Of a stretch of 64,000 nt of DNA, positions 33,728 to 45,369 are shown piece after piece (within the stretch, counting starts at the first letter, position 1; every line of letters starts with the position of its first letter). A program made the position numbers and the translations under genes. Origin of the DNA: Neoechinorhynchus agilis (taxonomy: Eukaryota > Animalia > Acanthocephala); the NCBI GenBank assembly GCA_051530055.1, contig CM121343.1, positions 1,086,389-1,150,388 of the forward strand. The letters are read 5' to 3'. The notes beneath the pieces were generated by a model that saw only the letters and a list, made by a program, of their open reading frames with translations, had not been told where the DNA came from and ran no database searches.

Positions 33728-36372
33728 TGAATTGTTCCAATTATAAGGAATGTCCTTTCTCTTTCATCACATATAATGCCTCTAGGGCTTCTAGTCTTCC
33801 TAATTTTCTTACTCCTTGTGTAGTTGATAACTATGTTAACATGCTGTGTTTTCAAGAAACCGGCTTTTCTAAAATGCTTCTCTTCGATAATTATGATTCT
33901 CATGTTCTTCTCCCTCGCTCCACATCAACCAATCAGCACATTGGATTTTCTGGAGGACTTCAAACATTTATTCTTAAATCTCACTCTTCTAAAATTTTAT
34001 TTCAAACTAAAAATATTTCTTTTGCAATGCAAATTATTTCTTTTAATAATCCCTTATATGGAACCTCATCCCTTTTCTCTCCTACTCTTATCCTTTGCAA
34101 CTTGTATATTCAACCCAGACACGTGGGTATATTTACTAAATCTTTTATGCATATCCTCCGTTACTGGAATCCTGACTTTATCGTAGGCGACTTCAATAGT
34201 AATTTTTTAAATGCTTTTAGGCCCTTTTTTAAGTTTCGCAATTTTTTGCTCCCCAAATTTCCTTCTTTTCATAATGTTAAATCTAATAGACATACCTTCT
34301 TGGGTGGTGCAATTATTAAAAAGTCAATTCCTATTTTATTTTATCCTGCTTCCCAACTTCAGTCACAGAGATTGTTAGGGCATGACTTTATCCTTTTTAA
34401 ATCTAATGGCATCGATCTTAAGGACACTTTCGTTTTTAATCCTAAAAGCTTTTCAAAATTTAATAATGATCTCCTTTCTTTTATGAACTCTTCCACTTCA
34501 TCCTCCTTATCTGACTTTAACAATGCCATTTTATCCTCTGTACATAAAAATTTAATTACTAAGTCTGTGATCAAGCGACCTCCTGTTTGTCATGAAGCCA
34601 GCATATTTTACAAAAATGCTGTTATAGCTGACTTGTATGGTAACGCTCCCCTTAAAAACTTATTTATGAAAAAATTTTACACAGCTAAGTTTTATCATCA
34701 AGTTTCGTTGGACAAAAAGAAGCTGATCTCTCTTAAGTCCTTTGGTAAGGACTTTTGGTCCTGTATTTTGAAAAGAAGACCGGTCTGTTGGAAGGCAAAA
34801 GCATCTAACTGGATAGGGTCTATATCTTATCCTGCAGTAATTGAGTCTATTTTGATGGCACATACTCTTAGTGCATGTTCTTCTCCTCCACTTCCCATCT
34901 TTAATAAAAAGTCCTTTTCGTGGAATTTTGAAGTTGAAGTTTTTCTGAAGGCCTGTAAATCTAACCCCTCTAAAGCGTATAATATAAATGGCACTTCACC
35001 CATAATTTTTAGTTCTATTTCTGATAAGGTAAAATCTATCTTTTTTAGTAGATTTCGTTTATCGAAAATTGATTTTAATGATCTACTTAACATAAATATT
35101 GTTAAGAAAATTTTTATTCCCCAAACGAAAGGACGTATATTTAACGCATCCCACATCAGAGTAATTTCCATACAGAACCCAATCGTCTCTTGCTTAGAAA
35201 GAGCGGTGAACGGGAAACTGTATGACTTTTTAGTATGTAGAAAGCTAATCCCCGACTTTTTCCATGGCTTCATTAGAGGTAAAGGTGTCACATCGCTTTT
35301 ATCCTCTCTTAATTCTATGAATGAAGCTATTAATGTACAAAAACTTCTCATTCAGCTGGATATTAATAAGGCTTTTGATGCCTTGGATCGTGGCTTTCTT
35401 TATGAGGCTTTAGTTAATCTTAAAGTTCCTCTTAATCTTATCTACAAAACCAACTATCTTATGGAATCCAAGTCCTTTTACTATGAGGTGGACCCTTCTC
35501 ACACTAAATTTTTCTCTAGATATGGTGTTCCTCAAGGATCTCCACTCTCGCCCACCTTATTTTCAATTGCCCTTATATATATTTTCAAAAATCTAAAGAA
35601 ATCATCTTCCATATTTCCTTTAGTTTATGCGGATGATATATTCTTATTTTGTAAAGCTAGAACATCTTCTATTCTAACGAATAATATAGCCAATTTTATG
35701 CTATCTTTGTCGTCGGAACTTAGGAAAGCCAATTTAGTTACAAACAATAACAAAACTTTCTTTATTCCACTGACTAAAACTTTGGCTTCGAGGAAGCTTC
35801 TAATTAATGAATTATCTTCTAATTTCAATTTCCCTAATATCAATTTTAGATCGCATTCCAAGATTTTAGGTGTTGATTTCCCCTGTAAAAATCACAGAAT
35901 TTTTATAAACTCTTCCTTTAAAAGTCTTCTGACAAAAACAGATATTTTTATCAAAAGAGCCAAAAGGTTATCAATTTCCCCACCTTTTATTTCTAAAGTG
36001 TTAAAAATATTTCTAGGGGGTTCAATATGCTTTTTCGCACGAGGCCGGCCCCCAGAAAACAGACTTTCATTTTATCTTACTATGCTGAATAAGCTTAGCA
36101 GTATTCTTATTAAAAATAATATTGATACGGAACCCCTTTTTTCCTTTTTAACAAGAATTTTTTTGTCTAAAATTTGGTTTTATTCTTATTGTTATTCTAG
36201 CTGTAAATATTTTAATTACAACTCCTCAATTCTTAGAATCTTTTTCAATAAACCATCCAGGTTTTTACCCATTAATCAAACTAATATACTTAACAGGAAT
36301 GAGGTAAGTGATTTTCTCATGTTATTCTCTTTTTTACAGGATCAGGACAAGAAAAGGATTATTATTATTTAA
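33727..36372 (+). CDS. LINE ORF2 (APE endonuclease and RT), intact
   Basis: CFQET and VGDFNS (APE); RVISIQNP, LDINKAFD, PQGSPLSP and YADD (RT). It ends in an (ATT)n tail, and the ORF1/ORF2 junction is TAATG. Confidence 0.92.
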   Translation: MNCSNYKECPFSFITYNASRASSLPNFLTPCVVDNYVNMLCFQETGFSKMLLFDNYDSHVLLPRSTSTNQHIGFSGGLQTFILKSHSSKILFQTKNISFAMQIISFNNPLYGTSSLFSPTLILCNLYIQPRHVGIFTKSFMHILRYWNPDFIVGDFNSNFLNAFRPFFKFRNFLLPKFPSFHNVKSNRHTFLGGAIIKKSIPILFYPASQLQSQRLLGHDFILFKSNGIDLKDTFVFNPKSFSKFNNDLLSFMNSSTSSSLSDFNNAILSSVHKNLITKSVIKRPPVCHEASIFYKNAVIADLYGNAPLKNLFMKKFYTAKFYHQVSLDKKKLISLKSFGKDFWSCILKRRPVCWKAKASNWIGSISYPAVIESILMAHTLSACSSPPLPIFNKKSFSWNFEVEVFLKACKSNPSKAYNINGTSPIIFSSISDKVKSIFFSRFRLSKIDFNDLLNINIVKKIFIPQTKGRIFNASHIRVISIQNPIVSCLERAVNGKLYDFLVCRKLIPDFFHGFIRGKGVTSLLSSLNSMNEAINVQKLLIQLDINKAFDALDRGFLYEALVNLKVPLNLIYKTNYLMESKSFYYEVDPSHTKFFSRYGVPQGSPLSPTLFSIALIYIFKNLKKSSSIFPLVYADDIFLFCKARTSSILTNNIANFMLSLSSELRKANLVTNNNKTFFIPLTKTLASRKLLINELSSNFNFPNINFRSHSKILGVDFPCKNHRIFINSSFKSLLTKTDIFIKRAKRLSISPPFISKVLKIFLGGSICFFARGRPPENRLSFYLTMLNKLSSILIKNNIDTEPLFSFLTRIFLSKIWFYSYCYSSCKYFNYNSSILRIFFNKPSRFLPINQTNILNRNEVSDFLMLFSFLQDQDKKRIIII

Positions 36373-37019
36373 GAATTAAAAGAAGGGTTTTCGAGGCTGC
36401 TGTGAGGGGATTTAAGAGATCGTCCCACAACTCACAGCCATCTTGGGCCCGAGACATTAGATCAAGCAAGAAAGAGGAATTAAGAGATTGATTGTGTGTA
36501 TGTTGTATGAGGCGTGAAATAATAATAATAATAATAATTAACTTTTCTTGATCAACTTTTAACGCTGATTTAACCTGCATATACCGGTTTTTGTTGCTAT
36601 GCCCATCTTTGTATTTAGTTTACCTATTGACGTTCATAAAAGACGCCAGAAAAAATAATAAAAGCGATTAAGCATGTCTACGTCCTCTCTCTCGTGAACG
36701 TCCTCTAATCAATGAACGGTGAACTAGAATGAGACAAGTATTCCGATCTTCTTGACTTTGCAATAAAGAAGTAATTTGAACGAGTTACTGAAACTCTCGA
36801 AGACTCATTAATTAAAGTGATGAGTAGAGTTAAGGATATATTAGCGGAGGCTAATCATTGCGAAATGGAAGCTCACAAAAGTGAAAAGTTGATCGAAGTC
36901 AAAAAGTGCAAAGGGAAGAAAGCTAACGGTTCAAAAATTCAGGCCAAGGTTTCAAAGGTGAACTTTTAGAAACAGACTAACTTTACGCTCGTTTTTCTTC
37001 GTTGAATAAAGCGAACATC

Positions 37020-38110
37020 GTTGCCTACCCGCTACATATTGGACCTCCAACATATAAACTAATAAGGAGTCAGAGCGCTGGCAGAGATGTCGCGGAATAC
37101 GAATTCCAAGAAATGTTAAAAATGTTAGACAAACACTTCACAAAACCGATACATTTTGTAACGGCCCGTTTCACGTTTAGCCAATGCAAAACGCAAGCAG
37201 GTCAATCGTATGCGTCTTGGGCAGCTCAATTAAAGGAGAAGGCGAGTTCGTGTTTAGATAGAGATTTTTTTTCATACATGGCCCAAAGGACACACGGTCC
37301 ACCGGTTTCGGTCTGGGAAGTGCTGGCCTGCGCTCCGGATGGATGAACAAACTTATAACCGAATGGTCTCGGAAAACAAATTTGGGAAAGGATCCACATG
37401 GATTTTGCTGGTCCTATTCGGGGACAACTATCCCTGGTTTAGATTGATGCATTCAGTTAATGGCGATAACGGACCGCCCTTCCAGTCGACGGAATTCCAG
37501 CGATTCTGTGCAGCGAATGGAATCAAACACATCCGCACATCGTCTTATCAGCCCCAAACAAATGGGTTGGTCGAAAGATTTATAAACACATTTAAGGGAC
37601 GTGTCCAGATTTCGGGTGATCGTTACAAAAGTTCCTTTCAAAAACACCTGCTGAAGCGATTTTCGAGCAGAGGCTGACAACAATATTCGACAGGATCTGT
37701 GCAACATTTTAGTCAACAGTGACACGAAGGAGAAACGTACAAAAAATGCAACATGATGCAAGAACGCAAATCAGGGAATTCCAACCGTCTTACAAAATAT
37801 GGGTGAGGGACAAACGGAACAATAAATGGAAAGGAGTCATTTGAGACAGGCGAGCATGGACATCCTATGACGTAAACATTGATGGAGACATATTCCGACG
37901 ACATGCTACGGATTTGCGAGAACCCGAGGACTCAGATGATGCAACTAAAGATTTCAAGAAAGATCCGGAGTTAGACTTGAGAACAGAACCAGAATCAAAC
38001 GAACAGGAAGCGATCGCACCCGAAGCAAGTTCACATTTGCCAACCGTTATACCAAGAAGAGGATATAGAGAACGACGACCGTACCAGAGACGCGATCCGC
38101 CCAAGGGGGG
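37020..38110 (+). mobile_element. Internally deleted Mag-like Gypsy remnant (gag and integrase pieces)
   Basis: ARFTFSQCKTQAGQSYASWAAQLK; DNGPPFQS..QPQTNGLVERF. Confidence 0.8.
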
Positions 38111-39769
38111 TTTTGGTCCTAGGGGCCATTGCTGCCTGTTACACGAGGCCACTGGGAATGTTGACCGCTTCCCCTGTCCGTTGTCCACGTTCCCTTGCTT
38201 TGCTCCAATTGGCGACCCGCTGATGGACCAACCAGTGTGGGACGCCGAATTGCTGGTGATGGTTCCGGGCACCCTCTGTGCCTTCTCGTGGGAAGATGAC
38301 GTTTTCGTTTCGCCGACTTGGCTGGCCAATGAATTACCTGATGAAATCGCTCGCACAGTCAACCGACAAAACATAGAGCAAAAGCCCGCGGTCGGAATTG
38401 AGTCTGGCAAAGAGACCACCTTCTTTGCCGGCTCGATACGCCAAGGTATGGGGCGTCTCACAACAGAGGAGCCTGAGGAGTCATTCCTCTCGGCTTCGTT
38501 GGCGTGAGGCTGGTGGGATATTGGCTGGACGCTGCCGCTTCTCCTCCGTCTACGTGCGTCTCCTGATAAATACCATGATTTGCCGGAAAGCAAATCGAGT
38601 TGTTTACAAAACATTTCAATGTTACGCTCTAATTATTTGTTTATGTTCCGCCTATTTTCCCGATTGACGGGTTCTTAGACTCATAATCTCTCGCCGATGC
38701 ATTTTTGCAATCCTTATTTGGTGCTATATCCGCCTTCAATGACAAACGTTACGATGCTGGAGGTCCTTACTCATCCGAGATCATACTTCCATCCTTGTGA
38801 TCAACAATATTCATTTCAAGCGATGCCACAATTTAATTACAAAATCCAAGAGAATCAACAAAACAATTTTGAGCCAAGAGTCTTCAATGGGTTCGTGAAT
38901 TCCAGTCTCATTGGACTTTGTTTGCAGTTCTATAAGGGTGTATTCGTCGATCTTTTGAAAAAGGAGGAACTTTGCATACATTATCTCCTTGAAGTTGCTC
39001 ACAATTCTCGAATACTCGGTACGGCGGAAGGTAATAAAAATGCGGACATTATTACAAAATACGTTAACGAATACTGCGATCGGAGTGCAAATCGCTTTAA
39101 TGAAAATAATGGCGAGCAACCAAGACGAAAAAGGCACCACAGTAGAAGACGCAATAGACAAGGACGGTAGACCGACAGTGGAAATTGAATGTAATACGCT
39201 AATCGATAGGCGTGCTAGTTTCATAATTTTTTCTAAAATAAAGCATAGTCGCCACTTGAGTATGTATGGCGGTACCATGTTGAAACATTTATTTCGCAGA
39301 CGACTCTCGGATGCTCGAATCAAGTAAGCATTGCACATGAGTATCTTGGCTCATCAAGTAAGATAAAAATTGAAATCGGTAAGTGTTAACTAGGAAAAAT
39401 GACACAGACAAAAATCAAAAGTTAATATATCCTCCGCCAATTTCTTGTTCATGACTGTTGTGCCGATGACTAGGCGAATCGCGCTCGTCGATTCTATCCA
39501 GCCGGGTAACCCCTGCCATCCAGCGGAGCATGCGCATTTCCGTCGTTTCGACCCACTTGATTTGCAGGTTTCGGTCCTGTAAAGCGTGTCTTATTGCGAC
39601 TTTGTAAATGTCTTTTCAGCGATAATGGGATTCGACTGTCGCAAATTACGCCGTTCAGGTTCTTCCATTTCAACAAACCGCCTTGAATTCGAGTCGCATT
39701 AAGAAATAAAAAACATCTATTTTTCGTTGGATAAAAATCTCAAATTAAGGCAGTGGCATATAAGACAAA

Positions 39770-40195
39770 AGGAAAATCCCTCAATGCTGGCATAGGTTCT
39801 GCAAGAGCTGACCCACCAACTGGTGTGGTTTATAGCATACCGTGTGAAGATTGTGCCAGATCCTAAATAGGACAAACTAACAGTCTCTGCCGCAGAATCT
39901 ATGAACATAGGTATGCACTGAGGAAAAATGATGCGAACTCAGCGATAGTCAATCATGTTGATGCAACGGGACACTCAATCAACTTTGACAATGTCAATGT
40001 TTTATTCCGTAGCGACAATCGATATGTTCGTGTTATCGCTGAGTCGATTTTTATTAAACAATATGATACAATGGAAGGCAATAAGGCGGACTATGTACGC
40101 AAAATGAGTATTGCAATCACTTAAAAAACTTTACTACCCCTTTTAGACATCCTGGAGAAGACTCACAAGTGAGTCGAAATATTGACCCTTTTAAT
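39770..40195 (+). mobile_element. Penelope-like 3' fragment (GIY-YIG) with degenerate hammerhead
   Basis: GVVYSIPCEDC..*IGQT..RRIYEH..NSAIVNH; CTGGAGA-A-GACTCA..TGAGTC-GAAA at about 40152-40185. Duplicated at about 59790-60215. Confidence 0.8.
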
Positions 40196-41137
40196 TTGAA
40201 TAATTTAATAAATTTCGCCAAATCGGGGAAAAACACGTATCCTTCGATTTTCACAATCACTTAAAGATTTATGGCGAATCTTCCCTGGATTTAATCAACA
40301 GTATGGAGAGATTAGGGCTTAAAAACATGCGACAAAATATGGCGATCGATTTCCTGTCTGAATGTATGTGTTATGGCGGAGAAGCCGCATATTTTGAGAT
40401 TTTACAGTCACGGCCGGCTGAAATATTGTAGCTATGATGGTGGTCAACGTTTTTCTAGACGTCAGTCAAAAGCGACTCATTAAAATTCACAACAGTTTAA
40501 CCCCCTTTAGGATAAATGATGTTCGTTCCGACGTTTAGGATCATTTATTCTTAGTAAATATCCACGACATAATCATCATAATTTGCTCGAAGATGACATG
40601 AGCGATTTAATTGGTAACCAAAAACAACATTTTAGGGATTGAGATCGCATGGATGCTTTGCCGTTCATTTATTTTACTGTTTCGATATGCATATTCTGTA
40701 AAAAGCGAAAAGGGTAGTAAACTACTTCGCAGGCTAAATTTTCCCCCCTAATTTAATTTTTATCCGAAGTTCAAGTGAGAGCTGGGAGATTCCGACAATT
40801 CGCGATTATTTTCATTAACCTTGTCGATCGAGCCGTTAAAGCAATGGATCGCGAATGGAAGGTGGGCCAATACAAGCAATCGCGCTGAAACACTGCTCAA
40901 AACGAGGACACACATGGAGTTGCATGAACTGCAATAATATTTTCAAAACAATGTCAACAATAAACAATTGATTATAAAAACAGCTGAGATCCATGTTTGA
41001 GGTCCGTGTTAATTTAAGGGTCCACTCGCGAACCCTTTGAATCGAGACTACAATTTCAAACTCATCTTACTTCGTTCATGGTTCAAATTACGATCGAGAA
41101 TATCAAGCGAGCGTAAGCTCTCGGTCACGACAATAAA

Positions 41138-41398
41138 GTTTATATCCAGGGAGACTTAATTGGCGAGGGCAGTTTCGGGCAAATCCTCAAATGCTAACAG
41201 AAGGGTTTCAGCCGCAAACTTGCAGTTAAGATCCTAAAGAACGCGATTGGAAACATCGATAAAGATGACAATGAAGTTGCAATGTTTAAGGCAATAAAAG
41301 AGACCGAGGGAGAACGAGCTAATATCACAGTTTCTCTTGAAATGTTCAACTACTGTGGTCATCGGTGCATGATTCTTGAGCAAGTAATCGATCGGTGA
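41138..41398 (+). pseudogene. DYRK/HIPK-like kinase N-lobe fragment (copy; third at 61157-61417)
   Basis: LIGEGSFGQILKC*..KLAVKILKN. Confidence 0.75.
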
Positions 41399-42740
41399 CG
41401 TGCGTGTGTGGTGCGTGTGAGTGTCCATTGGTGTGCGTGATACGCGTAGCCGAGTTGGTTTTTGGCAACAAAAACGTTATCAGTTAATGGCGACTTCGAT
41501 ATCATCCGAGACCCCGGTAGCAGTGGCAAAAACTGAAAAGGAGATCGAGTCTCACTTCTCTGATCCAGGGCACGAAACACTGTCGGTGTTCCACTACTCA
41601 CGCAATAGCTGTCGTTTTTGTTGAGGGAAGATTCACCCGCAATGCAGACCATTAATCGGAAAACGACGTTTCCAATGATTTCAAAATATTTCTTTTTAGG
41701 TTGATTATTAGAATCAACTCAATATAAAGAAAATAACTCATAAACTAACAGAATGCCCGTATTAATAATAAAATATTACTCACGTGCATTGCGACGCTTC
41801 CGTTCGTATTCGGTGCGATGGCAAATCGAATCAACCATCAGCCTCAAAGCCGCTCGATTCATCGGAGAACAAAAAAGAGCGGTGCAAGGAACAAGCGAAC
41901 AAAAATATAAAACGGACGGCGATTTTGACGGTACAAAAAAACGACAGAATTCTAATCTGTCTAAGATTTTGGCGCGCGCTTAAATATTTGTCGTAATTTT
42001 TTAATAGAAAATAATTAATTTGTAAAAAGTAGCCATGTAGTCTGCTTGCTCAAAGTATTTCTAGTGGTAGTCTTGCGTGGATGCGACAAGTGTCGGCTAT
42101 CGCCAAGGCTCATGCCTAAATTAATATCATTTGCCCAATGTTTGTAGACCTAAATTGATAATTGGGTCATTTTCCATTTCTGCCTCAGTCCGAAGTGTCG
42201 TCCTCTACTCGTGAGTGGTTCGGGCAGATTAAGGTTTCCGCAATAAGTTGAGCTTCGAAAGGGTGAGACTTAACTTGAATTAATCGTTCGATGTGATATG
42301 GTCGAATTTCTTCGTGCCTCGGATTTGGGCAATATTGGGTTCCTCTGACCGTTATGAGTGTAACAATGTGAATGGATATATGAACGAAGCTCTGCCTAAG
42401 ACTAAGAATTCATTAGCATTGTGGATGAGCGATCAAAAGTTGTATAATCTACTACTTTCCGGTCCTCGCGAATTTATGTATGTCGCTCCGAAATATAGTA
42501 TGAGCTTTTTCAAAACTCGCCATATCGTACGCTCTGACGATTCTCCAAACGCTCAATCTGTCAAATGCGAATTGATTTGGAAAGGATCCGAAGTGTTATT
42601 AAAAGATCATTCAATTTTAGTCAATCCCTTTCTTGTCCGGCTTATTTATTTAGGCATAAAGCCAAACCAATTACATCAGAGAAGTGATATAACCACATAG
42701 TCTCTAATGCACGGTTAAGAGTTTGTACATTCCTCCGGAT

Positions 42741-42806
42741 CCTCAGATACCTCCAGGAGGCGGGACTCATCAGTGAGTTTCCTCCCTTCAGCGGTATTTC
42801 GTCCCG
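42741..42806 (-). ncRNA. Non-canonical-order hammerhead core, second copy
   Basis: CGGGAC-GAAA-TACC..CTCA-CTGATGA-GTCCCG..GGTA-TC-TGAG with fully Watson-Crick stems. Confidence 0.62.
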
Positions 42807-45369
42807 TTTGGCTGTGCGTCATTGGTGGTAACGGATTCGAACCACTTGACCCCTAATCGGGATCACGGGCATTAGTCCACTTGACCACCTCGAAATTAAT
42901 TTGTAAAAAGTAGCCATGTAGTCTGCTTAATCAAAGTATTTCCAGTGGTAGTCTTGCGTGGATGCGAGCTCAATTCTCAAAGCACAATTTCCGTCTGATT
43001 GGTACAGTGTTCAATAAAGGTCGCGCCGTCGACCCAAATTACACAGGTTTTGGATTTCGATCGATGATACACGAAATTGTCAATTCGCGTCCCAAAGCAT
43101 TCAACAAAAAGTACAACAGCATGTTTTCGTAGCCTAGTGTCGTTAACGATGTTGTTCCTCCTGCCATTCAGAAGCCTCTCGATCCCATGGTTGGCCTTGA
43201 GTGTACGGGGGAAAGCGGCGTTCGACCGCCCAATACATTAAGAATATCGATTTCTTCGGACAAACTAAAGGAGCTAGTTAGTCATCAATCACCGGACAAC
43301 CCGAACAAACACAAATACATAAAACTTCCTATTAAAAAATGTCCTAATTAGGGGTCCATTTGTTTTGGTTCTTTAGAATTTGGTCCAAATGAGAGGCCCA
43401 TTTGTTTTGATTCTTTAAAATTTGGTCCTAATGAGGGACCCATTTGTTTTGGTTCCTTGGAATTTGGTCCAAATGAGGGGCCCATTTGTTTTCGTCATTT
43501 AAAATTTGGTCCTAATGAGAGGCCTATTTGTTTTGATTCTTTAGAATTTGATCCAAATGAGAGGCCCATTTGTTTTCGTCATTTAAAATTTGGTCCTAAT
43601 GAGAGGCCTATTTGTTTTCGTTATTTAAAATTTGGTCCAAATGAGGGGCCCATTTGTTTTGGTTCTTTAGAATTTGGTCCTAATGAGGGTCCGGCCCAAT
43701 GAACCGGTGATTTGACTGTATTCGAGGCTGCTTCCAAATCACAAAGTACGGTGAGTCAATCTCACATATCCTCTTTCATATCGCGCCGTTTCTCGACGCC
43801 AAAACACCATCAAACATTACTTAAAATGTATTTTAATTATATATGTGCAAATATGTTCGAAGGATAAAACAGTTGAATTATTCAACACAAATATTTTCCG
43901 GATCACAAGCAACCGTTAATTTTTTAATGGGATACATGCAATGTCTTTAAACCTTTAAAAAATTTAATACAACGTTCGAGCCCTGCTTCTTTGTTCATTA
44001 ATAAAACGCATTAAGCTACAAGCGTCTGCTCGTTGGATTGCAATATTCTGGCGGATAAACGCAGCCGATCGAAGCTCCTTGAGGATAATCTTCATTCCAT
44101 AAATCTCCACTCCAGAGGAGAAAAAGTATCTACGGGCAGATCTGGAGGAAAAATGTTACTTAATGGACACGATTTGTCCGGACTAATCGTTCAACTCCAA
44201 CATTGCGATGAAAAGTCTTTTCAAAATGATCAGTGAAACGATGGTCTGTCCTGATTGCTCTCGGAATAAAAAAAATACCTTTTGTTATATTGATCAATGA
44301 TTTTCCTTGAAACACCTTTAGATTCGCTAGTATTAAGCACTGAATTTACTACAGCTACAATCTGCAATGACTCTTGAACAAAGTAAAGACTTTAAATATT
44401 TGGACGACATAAATGTTGTAAAACTTCGTTCGATTAATCGACGATCGGATAAACGATTAATTTTTGATGCGAATATAGAACTACATGATACGATCGTGAT
44501 TAGCACTAATCGACAATGGCTTATCGGCCTAAAACTTCCCAAATTCAAAAAAAGTGAACGAGTGAACGCGGCAAAAAAAACCTAACGACCAGAGTGAATT
44601 TTAATTGTAAATAAGAGAATAGCAGCCATGTCTAGCAAATTCCAAACCAACATAAAACTGTCCATCGAAAATGATCTGCCAAAGCCAAGTGAAAATTTGT
44701 TTTCACGTAGAAAAAGTTTCTTTCCGAATTTCGCGTACAAAGGACACTTTTCCCTTCTTAAACCGTCACTGAGTCGAAAATATAAAAAAAAACGGTATCA
44801 TTAAAATCAATGAACAATATCCACCGCTATTTCTTAGGAATGCTCTTGCTGATTTCTTTACTGAGCAATTAATCACAAATTGTAATTTAGTCGAGATATT
44901 GGGGTAAGTTAATAAAACTCAAACGTAACACTAAAAACTCGCAAAGATCATATTCTGAACCCGCCGGACAAAGTTTATGACTTGATGTAATTATATAAAA
45001 AGGACAACAATTCATATGCAACATACATGCAAATGCCTAAGAAGTCAAAGATAGCGCCGCAAATAAGCATAATCAAAACAACTGGTGCGTATAATGTTCT
45101 AAATGCGAAAGATATATACGTAGCATACCGCATTGCATAAAAAACAACGCATGGATATATTTACGCTTGTGCAATTAAATAAATAAACAATTACCGCTTA
45201 GATAAAATGATCAAAAAGCGTGCCCCTTTGCATCTACAAAACAATAACAAATTTTATGATTTGAGGTCATCATGAGAAAAGGACAACAATTCGTAAAAAA
45301 CATATATAGAAATACATAAGAAGTAACAGATAGCGCCGTATATAAGCATAATCAAAACAACTGGTGTGT

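Larger units (their letters stand above)
38562..42607 (+). repeat. ~4-kb segmental duplication, copy 1 (copy 2 at 58581-62626)
   Basis: ORF sets repeat at a constant 20019-nt offset, for example 38697/58716 and 42293/62312. Confidence 0.97.
41070..43823 (+). repeat. Inverted duplicate of about 4190-6863
   Basis: Same ORFs on the opposite strand (kinase fragment, 135-aa ORF, hammerhead, 39-bp repeat). Confidence 0.95.

Noticed and set aside
37865-38614. Long bidirectional ORFs after the Gypsy integrase remnant
   Set aside because: GC-rich, low-information sequence with no domain motif in either frame.
43980-44600. Spliced host gene in the segment absent from the inverted copy
   Set aside because: Only short frames and one CxxC. 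No motif or consistent exon chain could be built.
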